A stretch of DNA of 47,798 nt from the NCBI GenBank assembly GCA_035493195.1, contig DATJIM010000293.1, positions 1 through 47,798 on the forward strand, read 5' to 3'. The position numbers and the translations under genes are program-made. The notes under the pieces were generated by a model. That model was not told where the DNA came from. It ran no database searches and saw only the letters and a program-made list of their open reading frames with translations. The first letter of the stretch is position 1; the number at the start of each line of letters is the position of its first letter. The DNA is from Caldimonas sp. GTDB taxonomy: Bacteria; Pseudomonadota; Gammaproteobacteria; Burkholderiales; Burkholderiaceae_C. Positions 31,246 through 41,371 of this stretch are shown piece by piece.

Positions 31246-34200
31246 ATGGCGAGCGGCAGCAGCACGAACGACATCACCTTCATCGTTCCCGGGCAGGCGC
31301 AGGACGCCGCGCCTCCGAGCACGCGCGGCGCCCTCAAAGCGGCGGTGCGGGTCGGCACCGAACGCGGCGGCGGCGAGCCGGTGCGCGTCAGCGCGCGGCC
31401 CGGCCGCGACGTCGTCGTCCTCGAGATCGCCAATGGGCCGACGCTCGTCCTGCACCCCGCCGCGGCGCGCGACCTGATGCTTGCGCAGAGCGCGTCGGTG
31501 ACGCGCGATGCGCTCGCCGGCACGCGCGGCAAGCCGAGCGAGATCCTCGTTCCCGCGCAGCTCGGCTGGCCCGGGCTCGAAGCGGAGGCGACGCGCGGGA
31601 CGACGCGCGGTTGGCTCGGCCAGGCGCTGCTCACGGGCTTTCAGGTGCTGACCGGCGACGCGCTCGACCCGGCTGCCAAGCTCGCCGCCGCGGCGGTCAC
31701 GAAGAAGGTCGACGCCCAGGTCGATGTCGGCGTCTACCGACTCGACGCCAATTCGCTCGCGTCGCTGAAGGGCAGCGGCGCGAAGCTCGACATCGTGCCC
31801 GCCGCCGCCGACGGCGGTCCCCTTCTCGTCTTCGTGCACGGCACGTTCTCGGACACCGTCGGCACGTTCGGCAAGCTCTGGACGTTGCACAGCGCGACGG
31901 TTCGCCAGCTGTTCTCGAGCTACGACGACCGCGTCTACGCGCTCGACCACCCGACGCTCGGCACGAGCCCGATCGGCAACGCGCTCACGCTGGTGCGCGC
32001 ATTGCCCGTGGGCGCACGCATCCATCTGGTGACGCACTCACGTGGCGGCCTCGTCGCCGAGGCCGTCTCGCGCGCCTGCGCCGGCGGCGACTCGATCGGC
32101 GAGGACGTGCTCGCGCTCTTCGCCGGCGACGGCTTCCAGCAGCACCGCAGCGACCTGCGCGCGCTCGCCAAGGAAGCGAAGGCCAAGGGCATCCGGTGCG
32201 AGCGCCTCGTCCGCGTCGGCTGCCCGGCGCGCGGCACGCTGCTCGCATCGAAGCGGCTCGACGCGTATCTCTCGATCCTCACGTGGTGCCTCGGCCTGGC
32301 GAGCATTCCGGTCGCCGCCGAGGTGGTCGACTTTCTGCACGAGGTCGCGCGCCGCCGCTCCGAGCCTGCCGAGCTGCCCGGGCTCGAAGCGATGACTCCC
32401 CAGAGCCCGGTCATCGCGTGGCTGAACAACGCCGCCGACACGATCCCCGGCGAGCTGCGCGTCATCGCCGGCGACATGGAAGGCGACTCGATCGGCTCGT
32501 GGGTCAAGACGCTTCTCTCCGACGCGTTCTACTGGACCGACAACGATCTGGTCGTGCAGACGCGCTCGATGTACGGCGGCGCGCCGCGCGCCAAGACCGC
32601 GAGCGGCAGCGGCGCCCGCTTCCTGCTCGACAAGGGCGGCAAGGTCTCGCACTTCAACTACTTCAGCAACGAGCGCACCGTGCAGGCGATCGCGAGCGCG
32701 CTGCTCGACGACCAGCCTGCGGGCTTCGCGGCGATCGGGCCGCTGTCGTGGGCCGGCGAGGACGCGAGCGGAACGCGCGCCGCCGTCGCGGTCGCGCGCT
32801 CGCGCGGCGCCGCTGGCGCGGGCGCGGGGGAGCGGCCGGCGGTGTTCGTGATCCCCGGGATCGTCGGCTCGAACCTGAAGAAGGACGGCAAGCGGATCTG
32901 GCTCGGCTTTCGCATCGTCAACAACCTCAAGGCGCTCGCGTGGGATCCGTCGACCGCGTCGAGCGTCGAGCCCGACGGCCCGATCGGCAATCTCTACGGC
33001 GACTTGATCGAGCGGCTGGCCGACAGCCACGAGGTGATTCCGTTCGGGTACGACTGGCGGCGGCCGATCGAGGACGAAGCGCGCCGGCTCGCCTCCGAAG
33101 TCGACATCGCCCTCACCGCGCGCGCGAGCAGCCAACAGCCGGTGCGCATCGTCGCCCACTCGATGGGCGGCCTCGTCGCGCGCACGATGGCGCTCGAGAA
33201 GCCCGAAACGTGGACGCGCATGATGGCGCGCGACGGCGCGCGCTTTCTCATGCTCGGCACGCCGAACGGCGGCTCGTGGTCGCCGATGCAGACGCTGTCC
33301 GGCGACGACACCTTCGGCAACGCACTCGCCGCGTTCGGATCGCTGTTCGACAATATCGGCGCGCGCGAGGTCATGGCGGGGATGCCGGGCTTCCTGCAAC
33401 TGCAGGCGGCGTTGCTCGACAAGACGTTCGGGCTCGATCGCAGCGAGACGTGGCAACGGCTCGCTGCGGAAGACCTGCAGCGGCTGCTCGACCGCAGCCT
33501 CTGGCACCTCGAAGGCGTGCAGAAGACGATCTACGGCTGGAGCGCGCCGCCGCAACCGACTCTCGACCTCGCGGTCGCGCTGCGCCGCCGCCTCGACGCG
33601 CAGGCCGGCGCCTTCGCCGGCGACGGCAAGACGCTGCTCGTCGTCGGCCGCGCGCCGTTCACGCCGGGCGGCATCGTGATGGCCGAGAGCGGCCTCGAAT
33701 ACACCGAGGCGGTCGGCGGCGGCGACGGTCGCGTGCCGCTCACGAGCGCCGTCCTGCCCGGCGTGCGGACGTGGAAGTTCGACGCCGCGCACGGCGACCT
33801 GCCGTCGGTCGCGCAAGCGTTCCCCGCCTACCTCGAGCTGCTCGAGAGTGGCGAGACGGCGCTGCTCGAGGCGCTCGATCCGACGAGCGTGACGGCGCTG
33901 CGCTCGGCGCCCGCAGCGGCGACGGCGGGCGCGCGCAGCCGGCCTTCGCGCGGCGTCCAGCCGTCGACGCCGCCGTCGACGCCGGCCGACGTTCTCGGCG
34001 CCGGCATGCGCGCTCCGAGCGAGCCGGCGCGCAGCGCGAGCGCGGGCCGCGCGTTGCACGTCTCGGTGCTCAACGCAGACTTGAAGTTCGTCCACCAGCC
34101 CCTCGTCGTCGGCCACTACCGCTCGCTCGCGCTCACCGGCACCGAGGCGGTCGTCGACCGTCTGGTCAGCCGTGCGATGAGCCGCTCTCTCGCCGCGGGC

Positions 34201-36816
34201 CTCTATCCCGAGGCGATCGGCACGCACCAGATCTTCGGCAACGTCCGCAAGGACCCGAACAACGTGCTCGCGATGGCACGTCCACTCGCGGTCATCGTCG
34301 CCGGGCTCGGCGAAGAAGGAAAGCTGCGCGCGGTCGACCTCGTCTACACCGTGCGTCAGGCGGTGATCGCGTACGCGCAGCGGCTCGCCGAGAAGGAGAG
34401 CGGCGTGCCGGCCGAGTTCGAGGTCGCGGCGACGCTGATCGGCAGCGGCGGCACGGGCATCAGCGCCGGCAGCGCGGCGCGTCTCGTCGCGCAGGGGACG
34501 TGGGAGGCCAACCAGAAGCTGCACGACAGCGGCTGGCCGCAGGTCGGGCGGCTGATCCTCGTCGAGTTCTATCTCGATCGCGCGAGCGAGGCGTGGCGCT
34601 CGCTCCAGGTGCAGGCGACGGCGGCGCCGAGCCAGCTCAAGGTCGTCGGCTTCGTGCAGTCGGGCGCCGGTGCCCTGCGCCGATCGCTCGACTCGAGCTA
34701 CCGCGGCGCGTCGTACGACTTCATCAGTGCGACGCTCGGCAAGCCCGACGACGGCGGTGCGCCGACGATCACCTACACGCTCGACACCAAGCGCGCGCGC
34801 ACCGAGGTGCGTGCACAGCAGACGCAGACGACGCTCGTCAAGGAGCTCGTCGCCAAGGCGTCGAACAGCGCCAACCGCGATGGCCAGATCGGCAGCACGC
34901 TGTTCGACCTGCTCGTGCCGGTCGAGATGGAGCCTTTCCTCGGCGGCACGAGCGAGATGGTGATCGAGCTCGAGCGCGCGACCGCGGCGCTGCCGTGGGA
35001 GGTGCTCGACACGTCGTCGGCCGAGCTCTCGGGAAGCGACCCGCGGCCGTGGGCGATCCGCAGCAAGCTGCTGCGCAAGCTGCGCACGAAGGAGTTCCGC
35101 TCGCAGGTCTCGGACGCGAGCGCCGACGGCAGCATCCTCGTCATCGGTGAGCCGATGGTCGACGAGTCGATGTATCCGCCGCTGCCCGGAGCGCGCGCGG
35201 AAGCGATCGCGGTCGCGACCCGGCTGACGTCGGGTCCTGCCGGCGTCGACGCGGCGCGAGTGCGCGCGCTGACCAGCGGCAACGACGACGCGCGCAACAT
35301 CATCAACGCGCTCTTCGAGCGGCCGTACCGCATCGTCCACGTCGCCGGGCACGGCGCGCCTGGCGCCGACGGCGGCGTCGTCCTGTCCGGCGGCACCTAT
35401 CTCGGCGCCGCGGAAGTGAAGGCGATGCGCGTCGTCCCCGAGCTCGTCTTCCTCAACTGCTGCCATCTCGGCGCGCTCGACGCCAAGACGGTGCTCGCGC
35501 CGTACGACCGCGCCGAGTTCGCGGCCACGATCGCCGAGGCGCTGATCGAGGTCGGCGTGCGCTGCGTCATCGCCGCGGGCTGGGCGGTCGAGGACAAGCC
35601 GGCCGAGCTGTTCGCGACGACGTTCTACGACGCGCTCCTCTCGGGCAGCCGCTTCATCGACGCCGTTGCGGCGGCGCGCACTGCGGCATGGCGTGGCGGC
35701 GACGGCGGCAACACGTGGTCGGCGTACCAGTGCTACGGCGATCCGGGCTGGACGTGGCAACGCGACGTCGGCGATGCACAGCGGCAGAGCGCATCGCCGA
35801 GCGACGAGTTCGCCGGCGTCTCGTCGCCACCGGCGCTGACGCTCGCGCTCGAGACGATCTCGATCACGCTGCGTTTCGGCGGCGACATCGATCCGGCCAG
35901 GCAGAAGATCCTCGCCCAGGCGCAGCGCGACAAGATCCGCTTCCTCGAGGAGAAGTTCGCCGCGCTCTGGGGCAGGATGGGCGCGGTCGCCGAGGCGTTC
36001 GGGCTCGCCTATGCAGACGCGCGCGACGTCGACAAGGCGATCGACTGGTACCGCACCGCGGTCCACGCGGACGATGGCAGCGCGTCGTTCAAGGCCGCCG
36101 AGGAGCTCGGCAACCAGCTCGCGCGCCGCGGCGAGTCGAATCCGGACCCGACCGCAGGGCGCCGCGACGTCGAGGAGGCGATCGCGCGGCTCGGCAAGCT
36201 GGTCGTGATCCAGCCGACGGTCGAGCGCGAGGCGCTGCTCGGCTCGGCGTACAAGCGACTCGTGATGATCGAGAGCCGTGCCGACGCTGCCGCTGCGGGC
36301 GCGCGCGGCGGGCGCCGCGCGAAGTCGCAAGCGGTCGCGGGCGATCGCCTCGTGGCGTTGCGCGCGATGGTGCTGCACTACGGCAACGCCGAGCGCCTGG
36401 CGCGCGAGGCCAACGCCGACAATCTCTACTACCCCGCGAAGAACGGCATCAGCGCCGAGATCAGGCTCGCCTTCCTCGAGCGGCGACCGGCCGAGCTCGC
36501 GGTCGATCGAATGCGAGCGGTGCAGGAGTCGCTCGCGCGCGCCGCCAGCCAGAGCCCGGACTTCTGGTCGGTCGTCGGCCTGATCGAGCTGCGTGTCCTC
36601 GAAGCTGTCGCTGCGCAGCGACTCGCCGACACGTCGGGCGCGCTGATCGCCGAGTTCAGCGATCTGAAGGCGCGCGTGCCGGCGCGCGGCATGTGGGACT
36701 CGGTGCACTCCGAAGCGCGCTTCACGCTCGAACCGTATCTCGGGATCGCGAGCGCTGCGGAGAAGCGCGCCGCGACCGCGCTGCTCAATGCGCTTGCCGA
36801 GATGGCGCGCACGTGA
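31246..36816 (+). CDS. Large multidomain protein: two alpha/beta-hydrolase (lipase-like) domains, CHAT caspase-like protease, C-terminal TPR-like region
   Basis: FVHGTFS...THSRGG; IPGIVGS...YDWR...AHSMGG...LGTPNGGS...GDGRVP...HGDL; LPWE...HVAGHG...FLNCCH...AGWAV.D...YQCYGDP; LGSAYKRL helical repeats. Confidence 0.88.
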   Translation: MASGSSTNDITFIVPGQAQDAAPPSTRGALKAAVRVGTERGGGEPVRVSARPGRDVVVLEIANGPTLVLHPAAARDLMLAQSASVTRDALAGTRGKPSEILVPAQLGWPGLEAEATRGTTRGWLGQALLTGFQVLTGDALDPAAKLAAAAVTKKVDAQVDVGVYRLDANSLASLKGSGAKLDIVPAAADGGPLLVFVHGTFSDTVGTFGKLWTLHSATVRQLFSSYDDRVYALDHPTLGTSPIGNALTLVRALPVGARIHLVTHSRGGLVAEAVSRACAGGDSIGEDVLALFAGDGFQQHRSDLRALAKEAKAKGIRCERLVRVGCPARGTLLASKRLDAYLSILTWCLGLASIPVAAEVVDFLHEVARRRSEPAELPGLEAMTPQSPVIAWLNNAADTIPGELRVIAGDMEGDSIGSWVKTLLSDAFYWTDNDLVVQTRSMYGGAPRAKTASGSGARFLLDKGGKVSHFNYFSNERTVQAIASALLDDQPAGFAAIGPLSWAGEDASGTRAAVAVARSRGAAGAGAGERPAVFVIPGIVGSNLKKDGKRIWLGFRIVNNLKALAWDPSTASSVEPDGPIGNLYGDLIERLADSHEVIPFGYDWRRPIEDEARRLASEVDIALTARASSQQPVRIVAHSMGGLVARTMALEKPETWTRMMARDGARFLMLGTPNGGSWSPMQTLSGDDTFGNALAAFGSLFDNIGAREVMAGMPGFLQLQAALLDKTFGLDRSETWQRLAAEDLQRLLDRSLWHLEGVQKTIYGWSAPPQPTLDLAVALRRRLDAQAGAFAGDGKTLLVVGRAPFTPGGIVMAESGLEYTEAVGGGDGRVPLTSAVLPGVRTWKFDAAHGDLPSVAQAFPAYLELLESGETALLEALDPTSVTALRSAPAAATAGARSRPSRGVQPSTPPSTPADVLGAGMRAPSEPARSASAGRALHVSVLNADLKFVHQPLVVGHYRSLALTGTEAVVDRLVSRAMSRSLAAGLYPEAIGTHQIFGNVRKDPNNVLAMARPLAVIVAGLGEEGKLRAVDLVYTVRQAVIAYAQRLAEKESGVPAEFEVAATLIGSGGTGISAGSAARLVAQGTWEANQKLHDSGWPQVGRLILVEFYLDRASEAWRSLQVQATAAPSQLKVVGFVQSGAGALRRSLDSSYRGASYDFISATLGKPDDGGAPTITYTLDTKRARTEVRAQQTQTTLVKELVAKASNSANRDGQIGSTLFDLLVPVEMEPFLGGTSEMVIELERATAALPWEVLDTSSAELSGSDPRPWAIRSKLLRKLRTKEFRSQVSDASADGSILVIGEPMVDESMYPPLPGARAEAIAVATRLTSGPAGVDAARVRALTSGNDDARNIINALFERPYRIVHVAGHGAPGADGGVVLSGGTYLGAAEVKAMRVVPELVFLNCCHLGALDAKTVLAPYDRAEFAATIAEALIEVGVRCVIAAGWAVEDKPAELFATTFYDALLSGSRFIDAVAAARTAAWRGGDGGNTWSAYQCYGDPGWTWQRDVGDAQRQSASPSDEFAGVSSPPALTLALETISITLRFGGDIDPARQKILAQAQRDKIRFLEEKFAALWGRMGAVAEAFGLAYADARDVDKAIDWYRTAVHADDGSASFKAAEELGNQLARRGESNPDPTAGRRDVEEAIARLGKLVVIQPTVEREALLGSAYKRLVMIESRADAAAAGARGGRRAKSQAVAGDRLVALRAMVLHYGNAERLAREANADNLYYPAKNGISAEIRLAFLERRPAELAVDRMRAVQESLARAASQSPDFWSVVGLIELRVLEAVAAQRLADTSGALIAEFSDLKARVPARGMWDSVHSEARFTLEPYLGIASAAEKRAATALLNALAEMART

Positions 36817-36918
36817 GCCGTCAGCGGCCGTCGCGGCGGACGACCGGTGATCGACCCCTTCGGCGACGGCGTCGGGGCCTTGCCGAGGAAGATCGACGAC
36901 CTGTCGTCGACCGCGTCG

Positions 36919-37704
36919 CTAGCGGCCGCCGGTGATTTCCAGGACCGAGCCCGTCGTGTAGCTGGAGCGATCGGAGAGCAGCCAGACGATGGCTTCGCCG
37001 ACTTCCTCAGCCGTGCCGGCGCGGCGCATCGGTAGCTGCGGCGCCATCTGCTCCGCGCGGCCGGGAGCGCCCCCCGAGGCATGGATCTCGGTCGCGATGA
37101 TTCCCGGGCGCACCGCGTTGACGCGGATGCCTTCGCCCGCGACCTCCTTGGCGAGGCCGATCGTGAACGTCTCGATCGCGCCCTTGGCGGCGGCGTAGTC
37201 GACGTACTGCGCCGGGCCGCCGAGCTTGGCGGCGGCCGACGACACGTTGACGATCGCGCCGCCGGCGTGCGCCCCCGGCGCAGCCGCCACTGGCCGCGTC
37301 GTCATCCGCAGCACCGCCTCGCGCGCGCAGTAGAAGCTGCCGAAGACGTTGATCGCGAACATGCGCTGCAGCCGCTCGACCCCGATCGCGTCGACGCGCG
37401 CGGCGAGGTCGACGACGCCGGCGTTGTTGACGAGCCCGGCGAGCGGCGGCAGCGAAGCGTCGATCGCCGCGAACATCGCGCGCACCTCGTTGTCGTTCGC
37501 GACATCGGCTTGAACCGCGAGCGCGCGGCCACCGGCGCCGACGATCGCGGCGACGACAGCGTCCGCCGCGGCGCGGTCGCGCGCGTAGTTGACCGCGACC
37601 GCCCAACCGGCGGCGGCTGCGATGCGGCACGTCGCCGCGCCGATGCCGCGGCTGCCGCCGGTGACGAGCACGGTGCGCATCGCTGCGCCCGGCTCATTCG
37701 TCAT
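36919..37704 (-). CDS. SDR family oxidoreductase
   Basis: TGGSRGIG, NNAG, NVSS, YAAAK, RVNAVRPG; start 37704 or 37680. Confidence 0.93.
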   Translation of the reverse strand: MTNEPGAAMRTVLVTGGSRGIGAATCRIAAAAGWAVAVNYARDRAAADAVVAAIVGAGGRALAVQADVANDNEVRAMFAAIDASLPPLAGLVNNAGVVDLAARVDAIGVERLQRMFAINVFGSFYCAREAVLRMTTRPVAAAPGAHAGGAIVNVSSAAAKLGGPAQYVDYAAAKGAIETFTIGLAKEVAGEGIRVNAVRPGIIATEIHASGGAPGRAEQMAPQLPMRRAGTAEEVGEAIVWLLSDRSSYTTGSVLEITGGR

Positions 37705-38767
37705 CGTCGCCCCGCGCGTCGTCGCCTTCGCCGTTGCCGTGCTCCTTCGCCTGCTTGTCGAGGATCGCCTGCATCGGCGCGAGCCCATCGATGAAACGGT
37801 CGACCGACTTCGGCTTGGCGAGGCGCAGCTGCGGCGGGAAGAGGTGGTTCATGTAGAGCTCCTCGCCGAGGCGCCCGGTGCGCTGGACGTTGAACCAGAG
37901 CGAGAGCGCGACGCCGACGACGAAGCCGGTCGCGGCGACGCCGCGCATGAGCCTGCGCCGCGACGGCTCGACCGCGAGCAGGTGGAAGTAGATCGCCGCC
38001 GCCGCGGTCGCGTAGACGGCGACGAAGCTGAAGTCGGTCAGCCACGGCCACGAGAACGCGAACGCGAAGAGCGGCGGGACGACCGAGAGCGCGAGCAGCA
38101 CCAGGCTGGCGACGACGAAGACGCGGACGTGCCAGCCGAAGTGGCTCTGTCGCGTGAACGTCTTCGAGAGCAGCGCCCAGAGGCCGCACCAGATCGCGCC
38201 GCCGGCGATCGTCGACAGAACAACGGTGCCGGCGCTGCGCACGAGGGCCTCGGGGTCGGTGTCGATCCACACCGACGCGAGGACGAACAGAAGGACCGCG
38301 ACAGCGAAGCCGAGCGTCGGCGGCCAGCGGTGGTCGGTGTCGGCGACGGCGCTCATCGGCTGCTCGGCGGCGAGCGCGTCGCTCGGCAGGCGCAGGCGCA
38401 GCTGAGCACGGCCGATCTGCAACTCGACGCCGCGGCCGTCGTCGACGATCTCGCGCGCCGCGCCGCCGGCGACGCGATCGCGGCGGCCGACGACGACGCC
38501 GTTCCTCGTTTCGCCCGCGGCGACGACGACCCTCGCCGGCGCCGCGTCGCCGGCTGCGACGAGGTCGATCGTCGCGTGGTGGGCGGCGACGTGCGGGTCG
38601 CTGAGGACAATCGTGTTGTCGAGCGCGCGGCCGATCGTGACCGGCCAGCGGTCGATCCGCCACGACTGCCGAACCAGGCCGTCGCGGTCGACGATCTCGA
38701 GCAGAGCGGGCGCCGGCGGCGCCGCCAGCGCGCTCGGCTCGATCTGCGCTAGTGCGGCGCTACCCAT
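37694..38767 (-). CDS. FHA-domain membrane protein
   Basis: IGRALDNTIVLSDPHVAAHHA...RNG FHA pattern followed by about 5 TM segments. Confidence 0.85.
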   Translation of the reverse strand: MGSAALAQIEPSALAAPPAPALLEIVDRDGLVRQSWRIDRWPVTIGRALDNTIVLSDPHVAAHHATIDLVAAGDAAPARVVVAAGETRNGVVVGRRDRVAGGAAREIVDDGRGVELQIGRAQLRLRLPSDALAAEQPMSAVADTDHRWPPTLGFAVAVLLFVLASVWIDTDPEALVRSAGTVVLSTIAGGAIWCGLWALLSKTFTRQSHFGWHVRVFVVASLVLLALSVVPPLFAFAFSWPWLTDFSFVAVYATAAAAIYFHLLAVEPSRRRLMRGVAATGFVVGVALSLWFNVQRTGRLGEELYMNHLFPPQLRLAKPKSVDRFIDGLAPMQAILDKQAKEHGNGEGDDARGDDDE

Positions 38768-40209
38768 CGGTATGCGTCGAGATAGTGCCGGGCGAGGCGC
38801 TGCGCGTTGGCGAAGCTCACGCCCTGCGCGTCGAAGCGGCCCTGCACGCCGGTCTGGCTCTGGTCGAGCGTCGCGACGAGGACGGCGACGTCGTACAGCT
38901 GCGGCAGCTTCTTGTACGCGCGCATGCAGACGACGGCGCGCAGCGGCAGGCCGTCGCGGTCGATGTAGTCCTCCTCGCAGCGCGGCTTGGTCTGGTGCTG
39001 CGACGACAGCCGCACGAACGACTCGTTGCGAAAGCTCGCCGCGTAGCGCGACGCGAAGCGCAAGGCCCCGAGCTTGGTGCCGTCGTAGCTCTCGTGGCGC
39101 AGGCTGATCGTTCCGGTCGTGAAGTCGCCGACGAAGATGCGCGTGTCCATCACGCAGTCGGAGCGCTCGAAGTCGAGGCCGCCGGTCTGCGACACGGTGC
39201 TCGTCCCCCAGCAGCGCATGAAGACGTCGGGCGGCACCGGGACGCGGTAGCGCGGGTGCGTCGCCTCCTTCCAGCCCTGCGCGATGAAGCGGTCGGTGAG
39301 CGTCGCCTGGTGCTTGAGCAGCTGCTCGTCGACGATCGGGTACGCCGAGCCGACGAGCGGGGCGGCGTCCTTGCCGCGCGCGAGCAGCGCGCTCGCGAAC
39401 TCGCCGGGAACGAGAAAGCTGACCTGCTCGCCGTCGATGCGGCGCGCGACGTTGACGCCGACGACGTGGCCTTCCTCGTCGAGCGCGGGGCCGCCGCTCA
39501 TCCCCGCCGAAAGCGCGCCGCCGAAGAAGATCTGCGGATAGAAGCTTCGCTTGACGAGGCCGTTGTACGTGCCCTGCGTCACCGCGAAGCCGACGTCGAG
39601 CGGGTTGCCGAGCGAGTAGATGCGCTCGCCTTGCGCGAGCGGCTCGTTCGCCGGTCGGAACGCGAGCGCGTCGAAGCGCTTGCCAGCGCCGCTTGCTGCG
39701 CTCGGCGCGGCGTCGCCGGCGCGCAGCAGCGCGAGGTCGTGGAGGACGTCGAGCTGCAGGATCGTGAGCGGCGCCTCGCGGCCGTCGGCGGTGACGTAGA
39801 CGAGGTCGTGCTGCTCGGGCTTGAGCGCCGCCTCGCTGACGACGTGGAAGTTGGTGAGGATGTGGCCCTGCGGGGTGACGAAGAAGCCCGAACCGACCGA
39901 CGTCTGGCTGGCGCGCCCCTTCAGCACCGTGCGGATCTGAACCAGCTGCGAGCGCGCCTGCTCGTAGATCTTGCGCGCCGAGAGCGACACCGGCGCGGTC
40001 GGCACCGCCACTGCCGAGGCAGGCGATGCGGGCCCTTGCGCTTCGCTCGGCGCCGGGGGCGGCGCGGGCTCGGGACGGGGCGCGGCGGCCGCGGGAACGA
40101 CGATGCAGACGATGGCGGAGGCGATCAGCGCACCTGCCAGCCGGGCCGCGAGCGTCGGCGCGATGCCGACGAAGGCCGCGCCGAGAGAGGACGGCCCGAT
40201 CGCTTTCAC
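38749..40209 (-). CDS. Trypsin-like serine protease (S1) with Cys-containing C-terminal domain, no PDZ
   Basis: GSGFF, TNFHVV (His), DLALL (Asp), GMSGGP (Ser); N-terminal signal/TM. Confidence 0.88.
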   Translation of the reverse strand: MKAIGPSSLGAAFVGIAPTLAARLAGALIASAIVCIVVPAAAAPRPEPAPPPAPSEAQGPASPASAVAVPTAPVSLSARKIYEQARSQLVQIRTVLKGRASQTSVGSGFFVTPQGHILTNFHVVSEAALKPEQHDLVYVTADGREAPLTILQLDVLHDLALLRAGDAAPSAASGAGKRFDALAFRPANEPLAQGERIYSLGNPLDVGFAVTQGTYNGLVKRSFYPQIFFGGALSAGMSGGPALDEEGHVVGVNVARRIDGEQVSFLVPGEFASALLARGKDAAPLVGSAYPIVDEQLLKHQATLTDRFIAQGWKEATHPRYRVPVPPDVFMRCWGTSTVSQTGGLDFERSDCVMDTRIFVGDFTTGTISLRHESYDGTKLGALRFASRYAASFRNESFVRLSSQHQTKPRCEEDYIDRDGLPLRAVVCMRAYKKLPQLYDVAVLVATLDQSQTGVQGRFDAQGVSFANAQRLARHYLDAYRWVAPH

Positions 40210-40216
40210 GCGGGCG

Positions 40217-40222
40217 ATTCTA
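40217..40222 (-). promoter_or_regulatory. -10 element of a probable leaderless transcript
   Basis: TAGAAT 7 nt upstream of the GTG start, no Shine-Dalgarno. Confidence 0.6.
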
Positions 40223-40363
40223 CGAGTCGGCCCGGCGGGCCGTACCGCTCGTCACCACGTGGCCGTCGACTTCACATCCTCGACGCCTTCGTTCACATGG
40301 CCTTGACATCGCCGTGGAAACAATGAACGACGTAAAAGCGACTTTCGTCGTGAGGAGAGGACC

Positions 40364-41371
40364 ATGCACCGCCACCTGACTCGTATGTCGCATCGCTCCG
40401 CCGCGCTGGTCACGTGCACGCTCGCCGCGTGCCTCGCCGGTTGCGGCGGCGGCGGCGACGGCACCGGCGCGTCGCTCGACGACAGCACCGCGACCGCCGA
40501 TGCCGCCAATGCCGTTCTGATGGCGAGCGATGCCGGCGATTCCGCTGACACAGCGATCCTGACCGCGCAAAACGTCGTCGCCGCAGCTGCGGTCGGCGGA
40601 CTTTCGAGCGACGCCGGGCGCGCCACCGCGCTCGCCGTGCCGGCCGCGGCCAAGACGCAGGCCTGCATCGGCGGCGGCACCGCGACCGTCTCGATCACCG
40701 GCGGCACGCCGGCAAGCCAGCTCAACGGCAAGCTCGACGCCGGTGAGGTCTACAACGTCGCCTTCGCGGCGTGCAAGGGTGCGCTCGGCGCCGGCACGCT
40801 CGATGGTGCGCTGTCGATGACCGTGCTCGCCGCGAGCGGCGATGCGAGCAACGGCAGCCTCTCGGTCACGTTCACGGCGACCCAGCTCAAGCTGACGACG
40901 GCACGCGGCAACGCCACTCTCGACGGCACCGCGAGCCGCGACCTGGGCGTCAGCACCGATGGTCAGGGCGTCACCCACCTCACCGGGCACTACACCTCGA
41001 CCGGCATCACGCTGGCGACCCACTACAACAACCGCTCGAGCACCTTCACGGTGAGCGCGCTCGACATCCAGCGCACGGCAACGCTCGTCGGCGGCGTGCT
41101 GCAGTCGAGCAGCATCTCGGGAACGCATGCCCTTTCGGCGACATTGCCGAACGGCACCTTCAGCTACACCGTTGCCACGAACGGAAGCGCGTCCTACGGC
41201 GCCGACGGCACGCCGGTCGCGGGAAGCTGGACGGTGACCCTTCCCGACACGCTCATCGGCGTGACGGTGGCCGTCGGCACGGCGACGATCACGATCGACC
41301 GCGGCAAGGACGGGACGATCGACCGCACGATCACGCTCACGATCCCGCAGCTCGCCAGCGCTGCCGGCTGA
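40364..41371 (+). CDS. Hypothetical Thr/Gly/Ala-rich lipoprotein
   Basis: GAGGAGAGG RBS; lipobox LAG-C-GGGG; beta-strand-like alternating pattern; two further Cys. Confidence 0.75.
   Translation: MHRHLTRMSHRSAALVTCTLAACLAGCGGGGDGTGASLDDSTATADAANAVLMASDAGDSADTAILTAQNVVAAAAVGGLSSDAGRATALAVPAAAKTQACIGGGTATVSITGGTPASQLNGKLDAGEVYNVAFAACKGALGAGTLDGALSMTVLAASGDASNGSLSVTFTATQLKLTTARGNATLDGTASRDLGVSTDGQGVTHLTGHYTSTGITLATHYNNRSSTFTVSALDIQRTATLVGGVLQSSSISGTHALSATLPNGTFSYTVATNGSASYGADGTPVAGSWTVTLPDTLIGVTVAVGTATITIDRGKDGTIDRTITLTIPQLASAAG

Noticed and set aside
36817-36918. Possible small ORF or terminator between the CHAT gene and the SDR gene
   Set aside because: No RBS-start combination and only weak GC-rich dyads expected by chance
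40303-40338. Perfect TTGACA as a sigma70 -35
   Set aside because: No acceptable -10 at 16-18 bp spacing; fits the TTCACAT repeat series better
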